Shown: one piece after another, positions 1-12,851 of the stretch | Layout: every line of letters starts with the position of its first letter | How positions within the stretch are numbered: position 1 is the first letter of the stretch | Origin: Eledone cirrhosa | Taxonomy: Eukaryota | Direction: 5' to 3' | Assembly: GCA_964016885.1 (NCBI GenBank) | Contig: OZ024759.1 | Coordinates: forward strand, 25,420,001 to 25,484,000 | DNA: 64,000 nucleotides | Position numbers and translations under genes: made by a program | The notes under the pieces: model-generated | What the model was told of the DNA's origin: nothing | What the model saw: the letters and a program-made list of their open reading frames with translations, nothing else | Database searches by the model: none

Positions 1-120
1 TGAACGTTTGACATTTGATAAACATTTGAAAAATTAATTGTAAACATTTTTTGGGGGCAGAAATATGGGCACCCCTGGCCCAACTAAGCCCAACTAAGCA
101 CAATCGTAAATCCGGCACTG
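1..120. mobile_element. Right end of a possible hAT-like MITE
   Basis: Ends in TAAATCCGGCACTG (107-120). A reverse-complement version, CAGTGTCGGATTTA, occurs at 17125-17138. CAG-initiated short TIRs are typical of hAT-type MITEs. No TSD confirmed. Confidence 0.35.
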
Positions 121-181
121 GATGGACGTAGAAAGGTTGCACGTCCTGAAACCCTAAAAAGGGTTCAGAAGGGAAGAAACG

Positions 182-238
182 TTAAGAATTCGCTACTGGA
201 ACATTGCAACCCTAATAGGAGGGATAGGTAAAGCGTAG
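182..238 (+). pseudogene. Possible decayed LINE APE-endonuclease N-terminus
   Basis: Translates [18 protein letters not shown], resembling the 'LRIGTWNVxTL' start of RTE APE domains; short and degenerate. Confidence 0.3.
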
Positions 239-376
239 GGACTTGTGGGGAAAGCCAGATGTTTCTGGCAAGATATACAGTAGGGGTTTCTTCTACAACC
301 TTCCGTGGCTCTGGTACTGTAGATGTGAATTTTTTCCCTGTTTTGAAAATAGGTCAGAACGTTTTAATCCCTCCTT

Positions 377-1010
<634 letters not shown>

Positions 1011-1568
1011 CCAGCACTCTTTTATGCTCTAGTGTTTTTTATTACCTAAGAGAATAGCTGAGTTGATTGTGGCGCATTAGTTGAAGTTGAGGGCCAAACG
1101 AATCAGGACTCCCATTCGTTGACTTTCACATCCCAAACGTTAAAGATCGTTTCTCTAGCTGATAGCAACAACGAATTAATAACAAATCCGTTGGCCCGAT
1201 CTTATCTGCTGTAATTAAATTTATTAGAACACGACAACACATCTAGCCTTATAACTCATGTCTACACTTTTCCCCTACACTAGCATTTCTTTCCTTAGCT
1301 TTCTTTCTTTCTTTCTTTCTTCTTTTTTTCTTTCCACCTCACTCTTTCTTTCTCTCTCTCTTTCTTTCTCTTTCTTTTCCCTCTCTTTCTTTTTCTTTCT
1401 CTTTCTTTTTCCCTCTCTCACTTTTTTCTTTCTTTCTTTCTTTTTCTTTCTTTCTTATTTTCTTTCTTTCTTTCTTATATATATGTTTTAGTCGCTGATT
1501 ATTACCACTTTTATTTGTTTGTTTCTTTCATTTTATTACTACCATTATCATTTTTGTTGTTGTTGTTG

Positions 1569-1618
<50 letters not shown>

Positions 1619-1942
1619 TATTATTGTTGTTGTTGTTGTTGTTTATTATTATTTCTATCGCTGTGTTTTCTATGTCGAAAATTATGTTCAACAGATGGGA
1701 AAAAAAAGAAAAAAGAGAAAAAAAGAGAGAAAAGGGAGAGAAAGGAAAGAGCTAAGTTGTAGTTAGACATTAATATCGTAGAGATCGGCTGAAATTTGGG
1801 GGAAGAAAGATTTTTCATCAAAATGTCAAAACTCAAAATGGCGGCTTCTCCTTCTTCTCCTTCTTATTCTCATGTTTGTGTCGTTGATACAATCAACAGC
1901 GTTCTATGTGGTTTGCACCAATACACATACATGCTCTCTCAC

Positions 1943-2008
<66 letters not shown>

Positions 2009-2255
2009 CTCTCTCACAAACACACACATATACGCTCACACTCTCACATACACGCTCAAACACACACACACACATACATATATATACACTCATACACCAA
2101 TATACACATTTCACACACACATGGGGAACACTAGATAATATAGATTCAGATACGCCATGATTGGAATAAGGATGGGACAGCCATAACTAAGATTTTATTC
2201 AGAAGTCCGAGTTTGAATGGTTTCTCTCATACCTTGATATCTTGTTGAGAACCCC

Positions 2256-2330
<75 letters not shown>

Positions 2331-2340
2331 ATCCTTCTCT

Positions 2341-2445
2341 GGAAGAAATCTGCTATATTCAGACCTGGAGAGGAGATGAACTCCGCCAGGTTTAAACGCT
2401 GTATGTCAATACACCGCCCCTACGACCACATCAAGAGTTACCATA
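2341..2445 (+). mobile_element. 3' part of an older SINE-like family (CT-rich linker followed by a ...CCGCCAGGTTTAAA... tail)
   Basis: Similar segments at 42840-42960, 52895-52955, 55825-55895 and, on the minus strand, 38653-38900. Confidence 0.55.
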
Positions 2446-2719
2446 CCATACCATACAATACAATAAACTACCAGTTATAAACCTGGGCTGGTTTTAATTG
2501 GCTATACACCCATAAATACCATTACAACAATAACGCAAAACTTATTTAACGACTCCCCTCCTTATAAGTCATTAAAATAATTAAAAACGTAAAGGAGACA
2601 GACTTAAATTAATTTATAAGAAATAATAACAGAATAATTAGTTTTATGTGATATTAACTGTTATGGTAACCTGATAGTATTTGTTGGGAGGTGGCTTTCT
2701 TGATGGAGAAAACGGGAAA

Positions 2720-3170
2720 ACATTGATTTCTAATTTAGGAACAGAGCCAGCAATGTTGATTAAATCAACCCCAGTACTTAACTGGTACTTTAAAATATGA
2801 TAAATTGATTTTTGGTTTAAGCACAATGTCATCTAAGTTAATTAAATCAACCCCAGTATTTAACTGGTTCATAACTGTAATATATTATTGGTTTCTAATT
2901 TAGACAAAGCCAGCAAAGTAGATTAAATCAACCCAGTATTTAACTGGTACTTTAAAATATGATAAATTGATTTCTAATTTAGGCATAAGGCCAGCAATTT
3001 CGTGGGGAAGATACACAATGTTGATTAAATCAACCTCAGTGTATGATTGATACTTTAGAGTATAATAAATTGATTTCTAATTTAGGCATAAGGCCAGCAA
3101 ATTTGGGGTAAAGGGGTAAAGGAGTAGGGCAAAGTTGATTAAATCAATCCCGGTGTATGACTGGTACTTT
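2720..3170 (-). repeat. Tandem array (~5 units) of SINE 3'-tail fragments
   Basis: Repeated TTGATTTCTAATTTAGGCA..AGGCCAGCAA..GTTGATTAAATCAACCCCAGTA..ACTGGTACTTT units that match the reverse complement of the SINE tail. Confidence 0.75.
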
Positions 3171-3625
3171 AACAATAACAACAGTAACAACAACAGTAAT
3201 AACATTAACAACAGCAGCAACAACAACAAAAACAATACCAACAATAACAATAGCAACAACAACAGCAATAACAATAGCAACAACAACAATACCAACAATA
3301 ACAATAGCAACAACAACAACAACAATACCAACAATAACAATAGCAACAACAACAACAACAACAACAATACCAACAATAGCAATAGCAACAACAACAACAA
3401 CAGTAATAACAAAAGCAACAATAACATCAATAACAACAGTAATGGCAATAGCAACAACAACAATACCAACAATAACAATAACAACAACTACAGTAATAAC
3501 AACAGCAGCAGCAAAAACAATACCAACAACAACAACAACAACAACAACAACAGTAACAACAACAACAACAACAGCAGTAATAACAATAACAACAACAACA
3601 ACAACAATAACAACAACAACAATAA
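3171..3625. repeat. Degenerate (AAC)n/(AAT)n trinucleotide repeat
   Basis: Direct reading. Confidence 0.95.
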
Positions 3626-3849
3626 TTTCGCGCACTGGCACAAAGCCACATATTATTTTGGGAGTTGTTGTTGTTGGTGGTGGTGGGGGTGGGGAAGTGG
3701 GGGTGTTATATTCAATGAATTGGGGCCAGATGGTAAAAGGGACGTAACCCAATATACACCTAGCCCCCTTTTTCTGCCAATTATAATAACTTGATAACTA
3801 TAACAATGAGTTAATGGATATTTATAATTAATTATATTAAAATATTTTA

Positions 3850-4410
3850 TGGGTTGGTGGGTTAGTGGGGTGGGTGGAGTGGTGCTGGTGGGAGTTGGGG
3901 TGGGGGTGGGGGTAATGGCGTGGAGGATGGAGGTTGGGGTGGGAGGAGGGGGGGGGGGGGTACGTTGGAGGTCATGGTGGTTGGTGGGATGGTGGAGAAT
4001 GGAGGTTGAGGTGGGATGGGGGGGGGGGGGGCGTTGGAGGTCATGGTGGTTGGTGGGATGGAGGAGGATGGAAGTTGGTGAGGTGGTGGAGGATGGAGGT
4101 TGAGGTGGGAGGAGGGTGGAAGGTGTTGGTGGTGGTGGCGGGGAGGGTTGCGTCGGAGGTCATGGTGGTTGGTGGGATGGTGGAGGATGGAGGTTGAGGT
4201 GGGAGGAGGGTGGAAGGTGTTGGTGGTGGCGGGGAGGGTTGCGTTGGAGGTCATAATGGTTGGTGGGATGGTGGAGGATGGAAGTTGGTGAGGTGGGAGG
4301 AGGGTGGAAGGTGTTGGTGGTGGCGGAGAGGCTTGTGATGGAGGTCATAGTGGTGGGAGGGGTGTAAAGGGGGTTGAGGTGGGAGGAAGGAGAGGGTGTT
4401 GGTGGGAGAG
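3850..4410. repeat. G-rich irregular tandem repeat (units of ~70-120 bp)
   Basis: GGAGGTCAT(G/A)..GGTTGGTGGGATGGTGGAGGATGG recurs at about 3967, 4036, 4155, 4246 and 4340. Confidence 0.85.
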
Positions 4411-4450
4411 AGTTGACCTTGTGCTTCAATCAGAAACCGTTATTACTTTT

Positions 4451-4725
4451 GAAGGACGGGCAGTGTTTCTTTTTTGGTGGCCATGGCGCAAGAGGTTGTG
4501 TGAGTGTAGGTAACAAAAAGGAGTTAAGGCAGACTCTTTCCTCTTTGGCTTGGGCCAAGCCCTCACTTCATCAACTTTTTCAAGTTCCACTTGGAAAGGA
4601 AGGTGAAGGTGCAGTGGGAAGTGCTGCCCAATCTAACTCTCCCCACCTCCAGTATATTTGTTAAAAGGTGGCTGAATGTACCGAGGATGACTCGAGTCAA
4701 TGGCCATACTCTGAACATGCTCCTG
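4451..4725 (+). mobile_element. Probable L1/Tx1-type LINE ORF2 C-terminal remnant
   Basis: Frameshifted peptides EGRAVFL..LVAMAQEVV and FFKFHLERKVKVQWEVL...FVKRWLNVPRMTRVNGHTL resemble the C-terminus of Tx1-like ORF2; assigned from memory of the family. Confidence 0.5.
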
Positions 4726-4767
4726 TGTGCCCGTGCGCGTGTGTATGACTGTATGACTGTATATATG

Positions 4768-4806
<39 letters not shown>

Positions 4807-4807
4807 T

Positions 4808-4840
<33 letters not shown>

Positions 4841-4854
4841 TATATATATCTATA

Positions 4855-5231
4855 TATCTATCTAAGGCGGGTAAAATTCCCGAGATCCATGGACGAGTTC
4901 TCTCCAGCGGTCTCTGTCCCTCATTATCGCTGCCATGTCCTGCATCTCCAACAGACCAGTGTCTGTCCTTAGGGCATCAACATACGTTAACCTTGGTCTT
5001 CCTCTTCTAGTGTGTCCATGTAGGGGCTCCCAAAGGAGTACTAAGTGCAATGTCAACTGTGGATGTCGGTGAGCATGTCCAGCTAACCTCAGTCTCCTCT
5101 GTGTCACTTTTGAGCTGACTTTTGGGATGCTCCCATACAGCTCTGAGTTTTTCATCCTCAGTGTATATTGATTAATGTTCAGAGCGATCCTCAGCATTCT
5201 CGTGTAGCACCCATCCACCATCTGAGTGAGT

Positions 5232-5235
<4 letters not shown>
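4855..5235 (-). mobile_element. 5'-truncated RTE-like LINE 3' end (RT C-terminal/thumb region), inserted in (TA)n
   Basis: ORF 4862-5221 has RRLRLAGHAHRH, LLWEP.HG..RRGRP..TY.D.L..DTGL and M.DRDRWR motifs typical of RTE-group ORF2 ends; near-identical copy at 16171-16530. Confidence 0.85.
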
Positions 5236-5280
<45 letters not shown>

Positions 5281-5330
5281 GTATGTGTGCATATATATAT
5301 GTGTGTATGTATGGATGTATATATAAATAT

Positions 5331-5938
5331 GTCAGGTCACCAGTTGGTGCTACTGGTAACATGTATCCCAGTACAACCTGTCTCATGGTCGGGTCGTTGG
5401 CGACTAAACTGGCAACCCCACCAAGGTTTCTTGGTGAGGAGGGTGACTTTGGACATCCTGCAGGACTAAAAACAAAACCTGTCAAAGGGCAAAGGAGCTC
5501 TTAAGAGTCAATGGCCATCCAAAATCACCGGGAGAGATGACCCCTTAGCCTTTGTCAAGGCAGAATTCTAGGAGAAGGAAAACTCTGATATAACACCTGC
5601 AACTCTGATGGTATCCAATGATGTTGACTTGGTCTTCTTTTTGGTAAATATCATCTTGGTTAAGAGAGTGGGACTGGCTTTGTGCAGTGCCTTTGCTCAC
5701 TATAAAAGCTTCACGGCACAGGCATTGCTTTATATCTGGAGATCTCTCTGCACTTGTCGTCACATGGTACCATGGGCCCAGCACTATGTGTCAATAATTG
5801 TCACAAGTGTAGTGTTTGTACCAGAGTTGTCAAGTCGCTGGCTGGACTAAAAAGCTACACTCGTTCAGCGCATCGGTAGGAGTTCTTCTACATGGATATA
5901 AAGTAGTGGCCGTACTCGAAAACGAGTTGGCAGCCACC
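5331..5938 (+). mobile_element. Possible RTE-type LINE 5' UTR fragment
   Basis: GC-richer unique block between TA tracts, with a GGAGAAGGAAAACTCTGAT motif I associate with RTE 5' regions; no protein evidence. Confidence 0.35.
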
Positions 5939-6332
5939 ATATATAAATATATATAAATATATATATATACATACACATATATATATATATATATAATATG
6001 TATGTACGGTATAGATTTCTATCTACATATTTTCTACACTCATATTAAATTAGAAGAAATATACAATAAAAGTATATAACACACACACAAACAAACACAC
6101 ACAAACACACAAACATACACACATATCTGTATATATATATATACATTGTTATTTCATTTTGTATATACGAACAGAAAGCAGTTAGAAAGGGGGGTATTAA
6201 TATCAAATGTATTGTATATACATACTTTACAGTGTATGTATGTATATATATATTTATGTATATATATATGTAGATATGTAGATATAGATATATGTAGATA
6301 TATATATGTAGATATTTGTATATATATATATG

Positions 6333-6475
<143 letters not shown>

Positions 6476-6566
6476 TAATAATAATAAATTTAAAGACTAA
6501 AATCCAAAGAGGGCTCGATAAGGATAAATATATATCAAATATATAAGAACCCTAGAACAAATATTT

Positions 6567-6660
6567 ATTAAAATAACAGATTAAAGTTTAAGCAAAGAGT
6601 CGCTGCTTTCAAGGGTGAAAGCAACGATTCTTTGCTTAAACTTTAATCTGTTATTTTAAT
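6567..6660. repeat. Fold-back hairpin, 45-bp arms with a 4-nt loop, abutting (TA)n
   Basis: ATTAAAATAACAGATTAAAGTTTAAGCAAAGAGTCGCTGCTTTCA-AGGG-TGAAAGCAACGATTCTTTGCTTAAACTTTAATCTGTTATTTTAAT; the same arm recurs at ~14910-14954 and 15789-15833. Confidence 0.9.
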
Positions 6661-6739
6661 ATATATATATATATAAATGTGTGTGTGTATATATACATAT
6701 ATATTTATGTAATTTGGCTAAAGGTATAACTTGTCTCTA

Positions 6740-6799
6740 TTTCATTTACCAGTGGTTTCTTGAAAGCAAATAAATCTGCTTTCAGTCGTCAGAATGAAA
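6740..6799 (-). ncRNA. Type I minimal hammerhead ribozyme motif inside a fold-back element (6739-6885)
   Basis: Minus strand: TTTCATT-CTGACGA-C-TGAAAGCAGA-TTTA-TTTGCTTTCA-A-GAAA-CCACTGG-TA-AATGAAA; 7-bp stem I, 10-bp stem II, short stem III, GUA triplet. Confidence 0.8.
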
Positions 6800-6881
6800 A
6801 AATCCTGGTGTTTTTATTGAATGTGGATTCAATAAAAACACCAGAAACCACTGGTAAATGAAATAATCATCTTATGTTGTT

Positions 6882-6919
<38 letters not shown>

Positions 6920-6939
6920 GTATATATATATATATACAA

Positions 6940-7130
6940 TTTGAGGGGAACGCGAAATTCGATTAAATCGAATTCAGTGAATTAATGGTACTTTATTTTA
7001 TCGAACTCCGTAAGGATGAAAGACAAAGCTAACCTCGATAGGATTTGAGCTCAGAACGCAAAGGGCCGTAACTCTATGCTGTAAAGCATGCTGGCTGACG
7101 CTCTACCGATTACTGCCAGTCCACCTCCTT
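6940..7130 (-). mobile_element. tRNA-derived SINE, diverged copy
   Basis: Matches the reverse complement of the copy at 20254-20452. Confidence 0.85.
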
Positions 7131-7394
7131 ACACAACAATTCAACAACAACAATAACAACGACAATGACAACAATAATAACAGCCACGAAGCACTCCTCT
7201 CTGGTTGGTTCAGAATAATGCGTTGTTATTGGAACAACAAGGAAACCAAACAGCGATCTCTGGTGAGTGTAACCGTCCCAGAAGCGAGTCTTTGGGGGAA
7301 TGTTGTAGAACTATCTTTAGATAGAACTGGAATGTGGCACAAAGAAATAACAACAGTCCCAAAGGTTAGTTAGGATAACCTGTATATATATATA

Positions 7395-7448
<54 letters not shown>

Positions 7449-7470
7449 CATACATGCACACACACGCACA

Positions 7471-7575
<105 letters not shown>

Positions 7576-7825
7576 CTATATAAAAAACTGTTTATCTCAA
7601 CAGCCAATATTTCTTCACAAAGTATTTCTGTGTCTGTGGAATTCGGAGATTTAATTAATTAATTAGATAGTCTATTAACCAATTCATTAATTAATTTTAA
7701 CTTTAGTTATCCTTCTTTTTTCTTTATCTAAAGGACAACTTAAGCCCTGATTCTTGTTTTTTTAGAGGTTAATAACGTAATTGCATCGATCAACATAAGT
7801 AGTGACATAATGTTGATAATAATAA

Positions 7826-8245
7826 TAATGATTTCTGATTTAGTCACAAGGCCAGCAGTTTTAGGGGAGGGGGAAAAGTTGATTAAATCTACGCCAGTGT
7901 TCGACACCAGTGTGTTACTGGTACTTTATTTTATCGATACTTTTAAGGATGAAAAGCCAAGTTAACCTCGGCGGGATTTGAACTAAGAACATAAAGGAGC
8001 GTAACTCTATGCTGCAAAGCTTGTCGTCCGACTCTCTACCGATACTGCCAATTCTTTGTAATAATGGTTTCAACTTTCCCTTCTCACCAAAATTGTTGGC
8101 CTTGTGCCTAAATCAGAAACCATTAGTAACTTTTATCCTTAAGGAGTCGATAAAATATAATACCAATAACGCACTGGGGTTGATTTAATCGACTTTTCCC
8201 TCTCCCTAAAATTGTTAGCCGTGTGCCTAAAATCAGAAACCATTA
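7826..8245. mobile_element. SINE cluster: one full minus-strand copy (7826-8052) followed by two plus-strand tail pieces
   Basis: Core GGTACTTTATTTTATCGA..AAGGATGAAAAGCCAAGTTAACCTCGGCGGGATTTGAAC, then inverted tails ending GGCCTTGTGCCTAAATCAGAAACCATT. Confidence 0.88.
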
Positions 8246-8454
8246 TTCTACACGACTGATACAGCTTTTCCCTACTTTCAGTTGCTATCAGAAATAATAT
8301 AAAACAGTTAATGTTCCGTTGGAAAGGTAGAATTTACGACGTTATTGTAAACAAAACCCTTAGAATATTTATATTCCCCCCCCCCCCCACCCACACACAC
8401 ACACCTCTTGTCTTTCTTTATCGAATCTTTTGCTTTGTTGTCTACAGATTTTAT

Positions 8455-8520
<66 letters not shown>

Positions 8521-8670
8521 TCTCTCACTCTCTCTCTCTCTTTCTCCTTCTTTGACACACAATGACACACACAGACACACACTGAGACACACACATACAC
8601 ATTATCACATTATATACACACATACATACTCTATCTCTCCCTTTCTTTTACACACACACAGACACACACA

Positions 8671-8705
<35 letters not shown>

Positions 8706-9227
8706 ATTCCTCTCCTTTTACACATTCACACATACACACTGTTTCTCTCTCTCTCTCTATTCCTTCACTTTCTCTAAATTATTCCCACCCCTTTCTCTAA
8801 CTAATCTCTTTCCCCCTCACTCTCTCTCCTTTACTCTCTCACCTTCATTCTCTCACACCTTCACTTTCTAACTAATCTCTCTCCTCTTCACCCTCCTACT
8901 CTCTCTCACCCCATCACTCTCTCTTCCCTCTCCTCTCTCTCACTCTTTAACTAATCTATCTCCCCTTCACACTTTTTCTCATTCCCTCACCCCTTCACAC
9001 ACACACACTCTCTCTCTCTTTCTCTTTCTTCCCAATAGAAATTACAATAACAGATGCACTTATGCAAGTTAATTACTAACTAATTACCTAATCGTGTGAT
9101 TAAATTATTTAATTAATCCAACAAACTGCATCAGTGCTTCAACGTAATTATAGGTCTGGTGTTGATCTTGTAATACATACACACATACACACACAGACAC
9201 AGAGACATATATATATAATTATCTATA

Positions 9228-9339
<112 letters not shown>

Positions 9340-9497
9340 CACACAAACACACACACACACACACACACACGCACATATATATATTATGTATATATATATA
9401 GAGAGTTATAGTTACCTTTAAAACTTACATATATAAACTATAATTGTGACTGACCGGGAAACTATGTTTTGAAGTGAGCAATAAATTCACTGTTATA

Positions 9498-9700
9498 TAC
9501 GTGGGTCAGCTGGAAAGGTTTATAGGATGACCAAGATACTCTCGTGGAATCACCAAATGAGGTTTATTTTTCAACATAGTTAGTCCCCTGAAATGAAACT
9601 ATGTAGTTATTAATAAGAAGAGTTGAAATCAATGCATGCAAGATTTCACAGATTTCATTTCATCATAGTCAGTCTATGAACTTTCCAGCCCACTATAGTA
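9498..9700. mobile_element. Mariner-type MITE (~200 bp), diverged
   Basis: Imperfect TIRs TACGTGGGTCAGCTGGAAAGGTTTATAGGATGAC / GTCAGTCTATGAACTTTCCAGCCCACTATAGTA with TA ends; relatives at 36280-36463 and 57178-57353. Confidence 0.75.
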
Positions 9701-9811
9701 TATATTGTATATATGTGTGTGTGTGTGTGTGTGTGTACATTATGTATATACATCAAATGAAATACCAATATACCCAACCATAATGCATATTGTATATATA
9801 TATATATATAT

Positions 9812-10779
9812 AAAAAAGAAATTGAAAATGTAACTGGAGTCTTTTAAGAATATTTATTTACTTTACCGGTTTCACAGTTCTTATGATTTTCAATGTAAAA
9901 TTGAGATGGAATGTTTTTATCTCTGTTGTAGCGTGTCTCGCATATATTCTCATATTTTGTCTGACCTGTTTAGCTTGACTTGTGTTTTGGCTTAGGTGGT
10001 TAATGGCTTCTTGACCGCCTTCTCAGTTTGTATGGCCTTTATAACCTATGTTTATTGCTCTGGTCTTTTTAGCCCATGGAGGGCTTGCCAGCATTACTCG
10101 GAATTTGCGTTACGTTTCGCTTATTCTACCCGCCGAAATGCGATTCTCGCTAAATTTATATTTGTATTAATTTCCCAAGTCAAGCAATTAACCAGTTAAT
10201 TTTTTTTGGCTTTTTAGTTAATTCTATTGACTGATTAATCGCTTAAGTTTATTTTTAAAAACAACTCGGTCGAGAGCTTAATTCGTGTTGTGCGGTTTTT
10301 GCAAATTTTTGCAATAACTACACATGCTGAATTCACTGGCCAAAATAGGGGTTTTCTCCCCTTAGAATCTCACATCTGCTTTCATAACCTGTGAGATTCT
10401 GGCGCACGAAGAACAAAAACCTGTTGAGAAAGCGATGCCTTGTTCGATCATTACACAAAAAGCTTATTTTTTATAAGCAGACAGTATTATTGATTTAGAT
10501 GTTGCAGAAACCCAATTTTGGAGTATTCCATCCTCGCCGAGGGTCCGGGTAACTATTTCAATCATATCTCATTTTGTTTGACCCGTTTAGCTTGTTCGCT
10601 TTTTTGGCTATGGTGGTTAATGGCTTCTTAACCATCGTCTCAGCGTGTATGACGATTTTAACTTATGTTTATAGCTCTGGTATCTTTTTCATATCCATGG
10701 AGCGGTTGTCTGCACAATATGGAAGTTGCGTTTCGCTAATTTCTACCCGCCGAAATGCGATTCTCGCTAAATTTATATT

Positions 10780-10782
<3 letters not shown>
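9812..10782 (-). mobile_element. TA-flanked element with ~220-bp direct repeats, possibly a Penelope-like pLTR remnant
   Basis: Direct repeats at 9948-10165 and 10567-10782; degenerate HHR-like 3' half (TGAAACCGGTAAAGT on the minus strand, ~9860-9875); related end at 22070-22270. Confidence 0.5.
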
Positions 10783-10877
<95 letters not shown>

Positions 10878-11195
10878 AAAATACTAAATAATAAATATCA
10901 AAATACCCAACTATAGTGTACATTGTGAATCAAATGTAATAACAATATACTCAATTATAGTACATATTGATCTCATTTTAAATAACTCTTCTGTGGTAAA
11001 ACAAAAGTGGTTTGAAACCCGTGCTCTTGGTTCGTCAGGAGATTTACACGTCTGTTCAGTGTTGTTTGCCATCAGAGCAAAATAACTTCTGTTAACGTTT
11101 CGTCACTTATGGCTTGGTGCCAACAGAAGAACAAAAACAAAAAGATGATACATTTTGGCAAAATGATACGACACGTATATGTATGTGTGTGTATG

Positions 11196-11280
<85 letters not shown>

Positions 11281-11393
11281 ATATATATATATATATGTGT
11301 ATATATATATATGTGTATATATATATATGTGTATATATATATATGTGTATATATATATATGTGTATATATATATATATGTGTGTGTATATATA

Positions 11394-11445
<52 letters not shown>

Positions 11446-11563
11446 CATAGTGTCTACGTTTACGTTTTAGGCATTTCTTTCTCAAATAAAAACGTATGTT
11501 GGTATGAATATTTCGTTGACACCACCTGAATATATATATATACATATATGTACGCATATATCT

Positions 11564-11652
<89 letters not shown>

Positions 11653-12177
11653 ATATATATTTATATGAATATATATTCATATATATACATATATATATAT
11701 ATGTATAGCTTACAGACATCGGGTGTCTTAGAAATAGTTGCAACAGCTTACCGACGAAAACTTTCTCTGCTGCTCTGCAGGGGCAACGGTATTTGGGCTT
11801 TCTGAAATTCCATAAAGGAATGTCCCCCTACCCACAACACCCGCCCCCGCCAGAAAGAAAATAGAGAAGAAAATCCATAAACAACAACAACAACAACAAC
11901 AAAAGGTTTTCTCTTTTGTTAAAGATATTTCGTCGCTTCTATTTCTCACTTTCTCTTACCGTTCTTCCAATATATATTTAAAAAAAACTACAAAAAGTCA
12001 AAGAAACTATTCTTCGTTGCAGTATCTCGTAGAATGGTTTAAATGTATGGAGATAGAGTGAAGTGGTTTCAGTCCCAGACTCAGCCATTCCCGACTTCAG
12101 TGCCTGAAATGGGCCCCTATTCATGGTTTGGAAGTTTAATATTATCATTAATCCCAACCCTAACCCTAACCCAGGAA

Positions 12178-12564
12178 AGAATTACGGCCCTTTATGGTCT
12201 GAGTTCAAATCCCACTGAGGTTAACTTTGTCTTTTATCCTTACGGGGTCGATAAAATAAAGCACCAGTAATGCACTGGGGTCGATTTAATCGACGTTTCC
12301 CCTCCCCAAAAATTGCTGGCCTTGTGCCTAAATCAGAAACCATTCTTCTTCTTATTATTATTCTTTGAGGGTGGTGGATTGGCAGTATCGGTAGAGGGTC
12401 GGACGCCATGCTTTGCAGCAAAGAGTTACGGCCCTTTATGACCTGAGTTCAAATCCCGCCGAGGTTAACTTTGCCTTTCATCCTTATGGGGTCGATAAAA
12501 TAAAGCACCAGTCATACACTGGGATAATTGCTGGCCTTGTGCCAAAAGTAGAAACAATTATTAT
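12178..12564 (+). mobile_element. Two tandem tRNA-derived SINE copies
   Basis: A-box-like TGGCAGTATCGG, B-box GTTCAAATCCC, conserved core and (ATT)n tails. Confidence 0.9.
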
Positions 12565-12565
12565 T

Positions 12566-12838
12566 CTTTGAGTTTCAACAATCATTGATGTTATTTAACT
12601 GGAAAGTTTATTCAAATGAACATCAAGCCGCTACCTGCAGCCAAAATAGAGGGCTGGACTAATGCTCTTTAACCATCATAGAAAACTCTTTGAGATAGTA
12701 CCTAGTGCTCCTATGGCAATCGGGACGACCTTGATCTCATGACAGTCCCAAATCCTTTTTAATTCCCACTTTAAATCTTCGTATCAGTTAATTTTCTCCT
12801 TCTCCTTTTCTTGCACTCTTGTGTCAGAGGGGCAGGCT
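12566..12838 (-). mobile_element. R4/Dong-clade LINE 3' fragment (restriction-like endonuclease region), pseudogenised
   Basis: Minus frame from 12837: ACPSDTRVQEKEKEKIN*YEDLKWELKRIWDCHEIKVVPIAIGALGTISKSFL*WLKSI, matching the 'P.D..V..KE.EK..KY.DL..E..R.W..V.P...GALG' RLE signature; ends in an (AAT)n tail. Not in the ORF track. Confidence 0.85.
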
Positions 12839-12851
12839 TACTATTATTATT

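Noticed and set aside
3077-3794. Poly-Asn/poly-Thr ORFs up to 219 aa (prion-like or mucin-like)
   Set aside because: Open in several frames on both strands of an (AAC)n tract and starting inside SINE tails; no splice or domain evidence.
11010-11120. Two partial hammerhead-like halves on the minus strand
   Set aside because: CTGACGA without a matching GAAA, and GAAACGTT without CTGANGA; too degraded to call.
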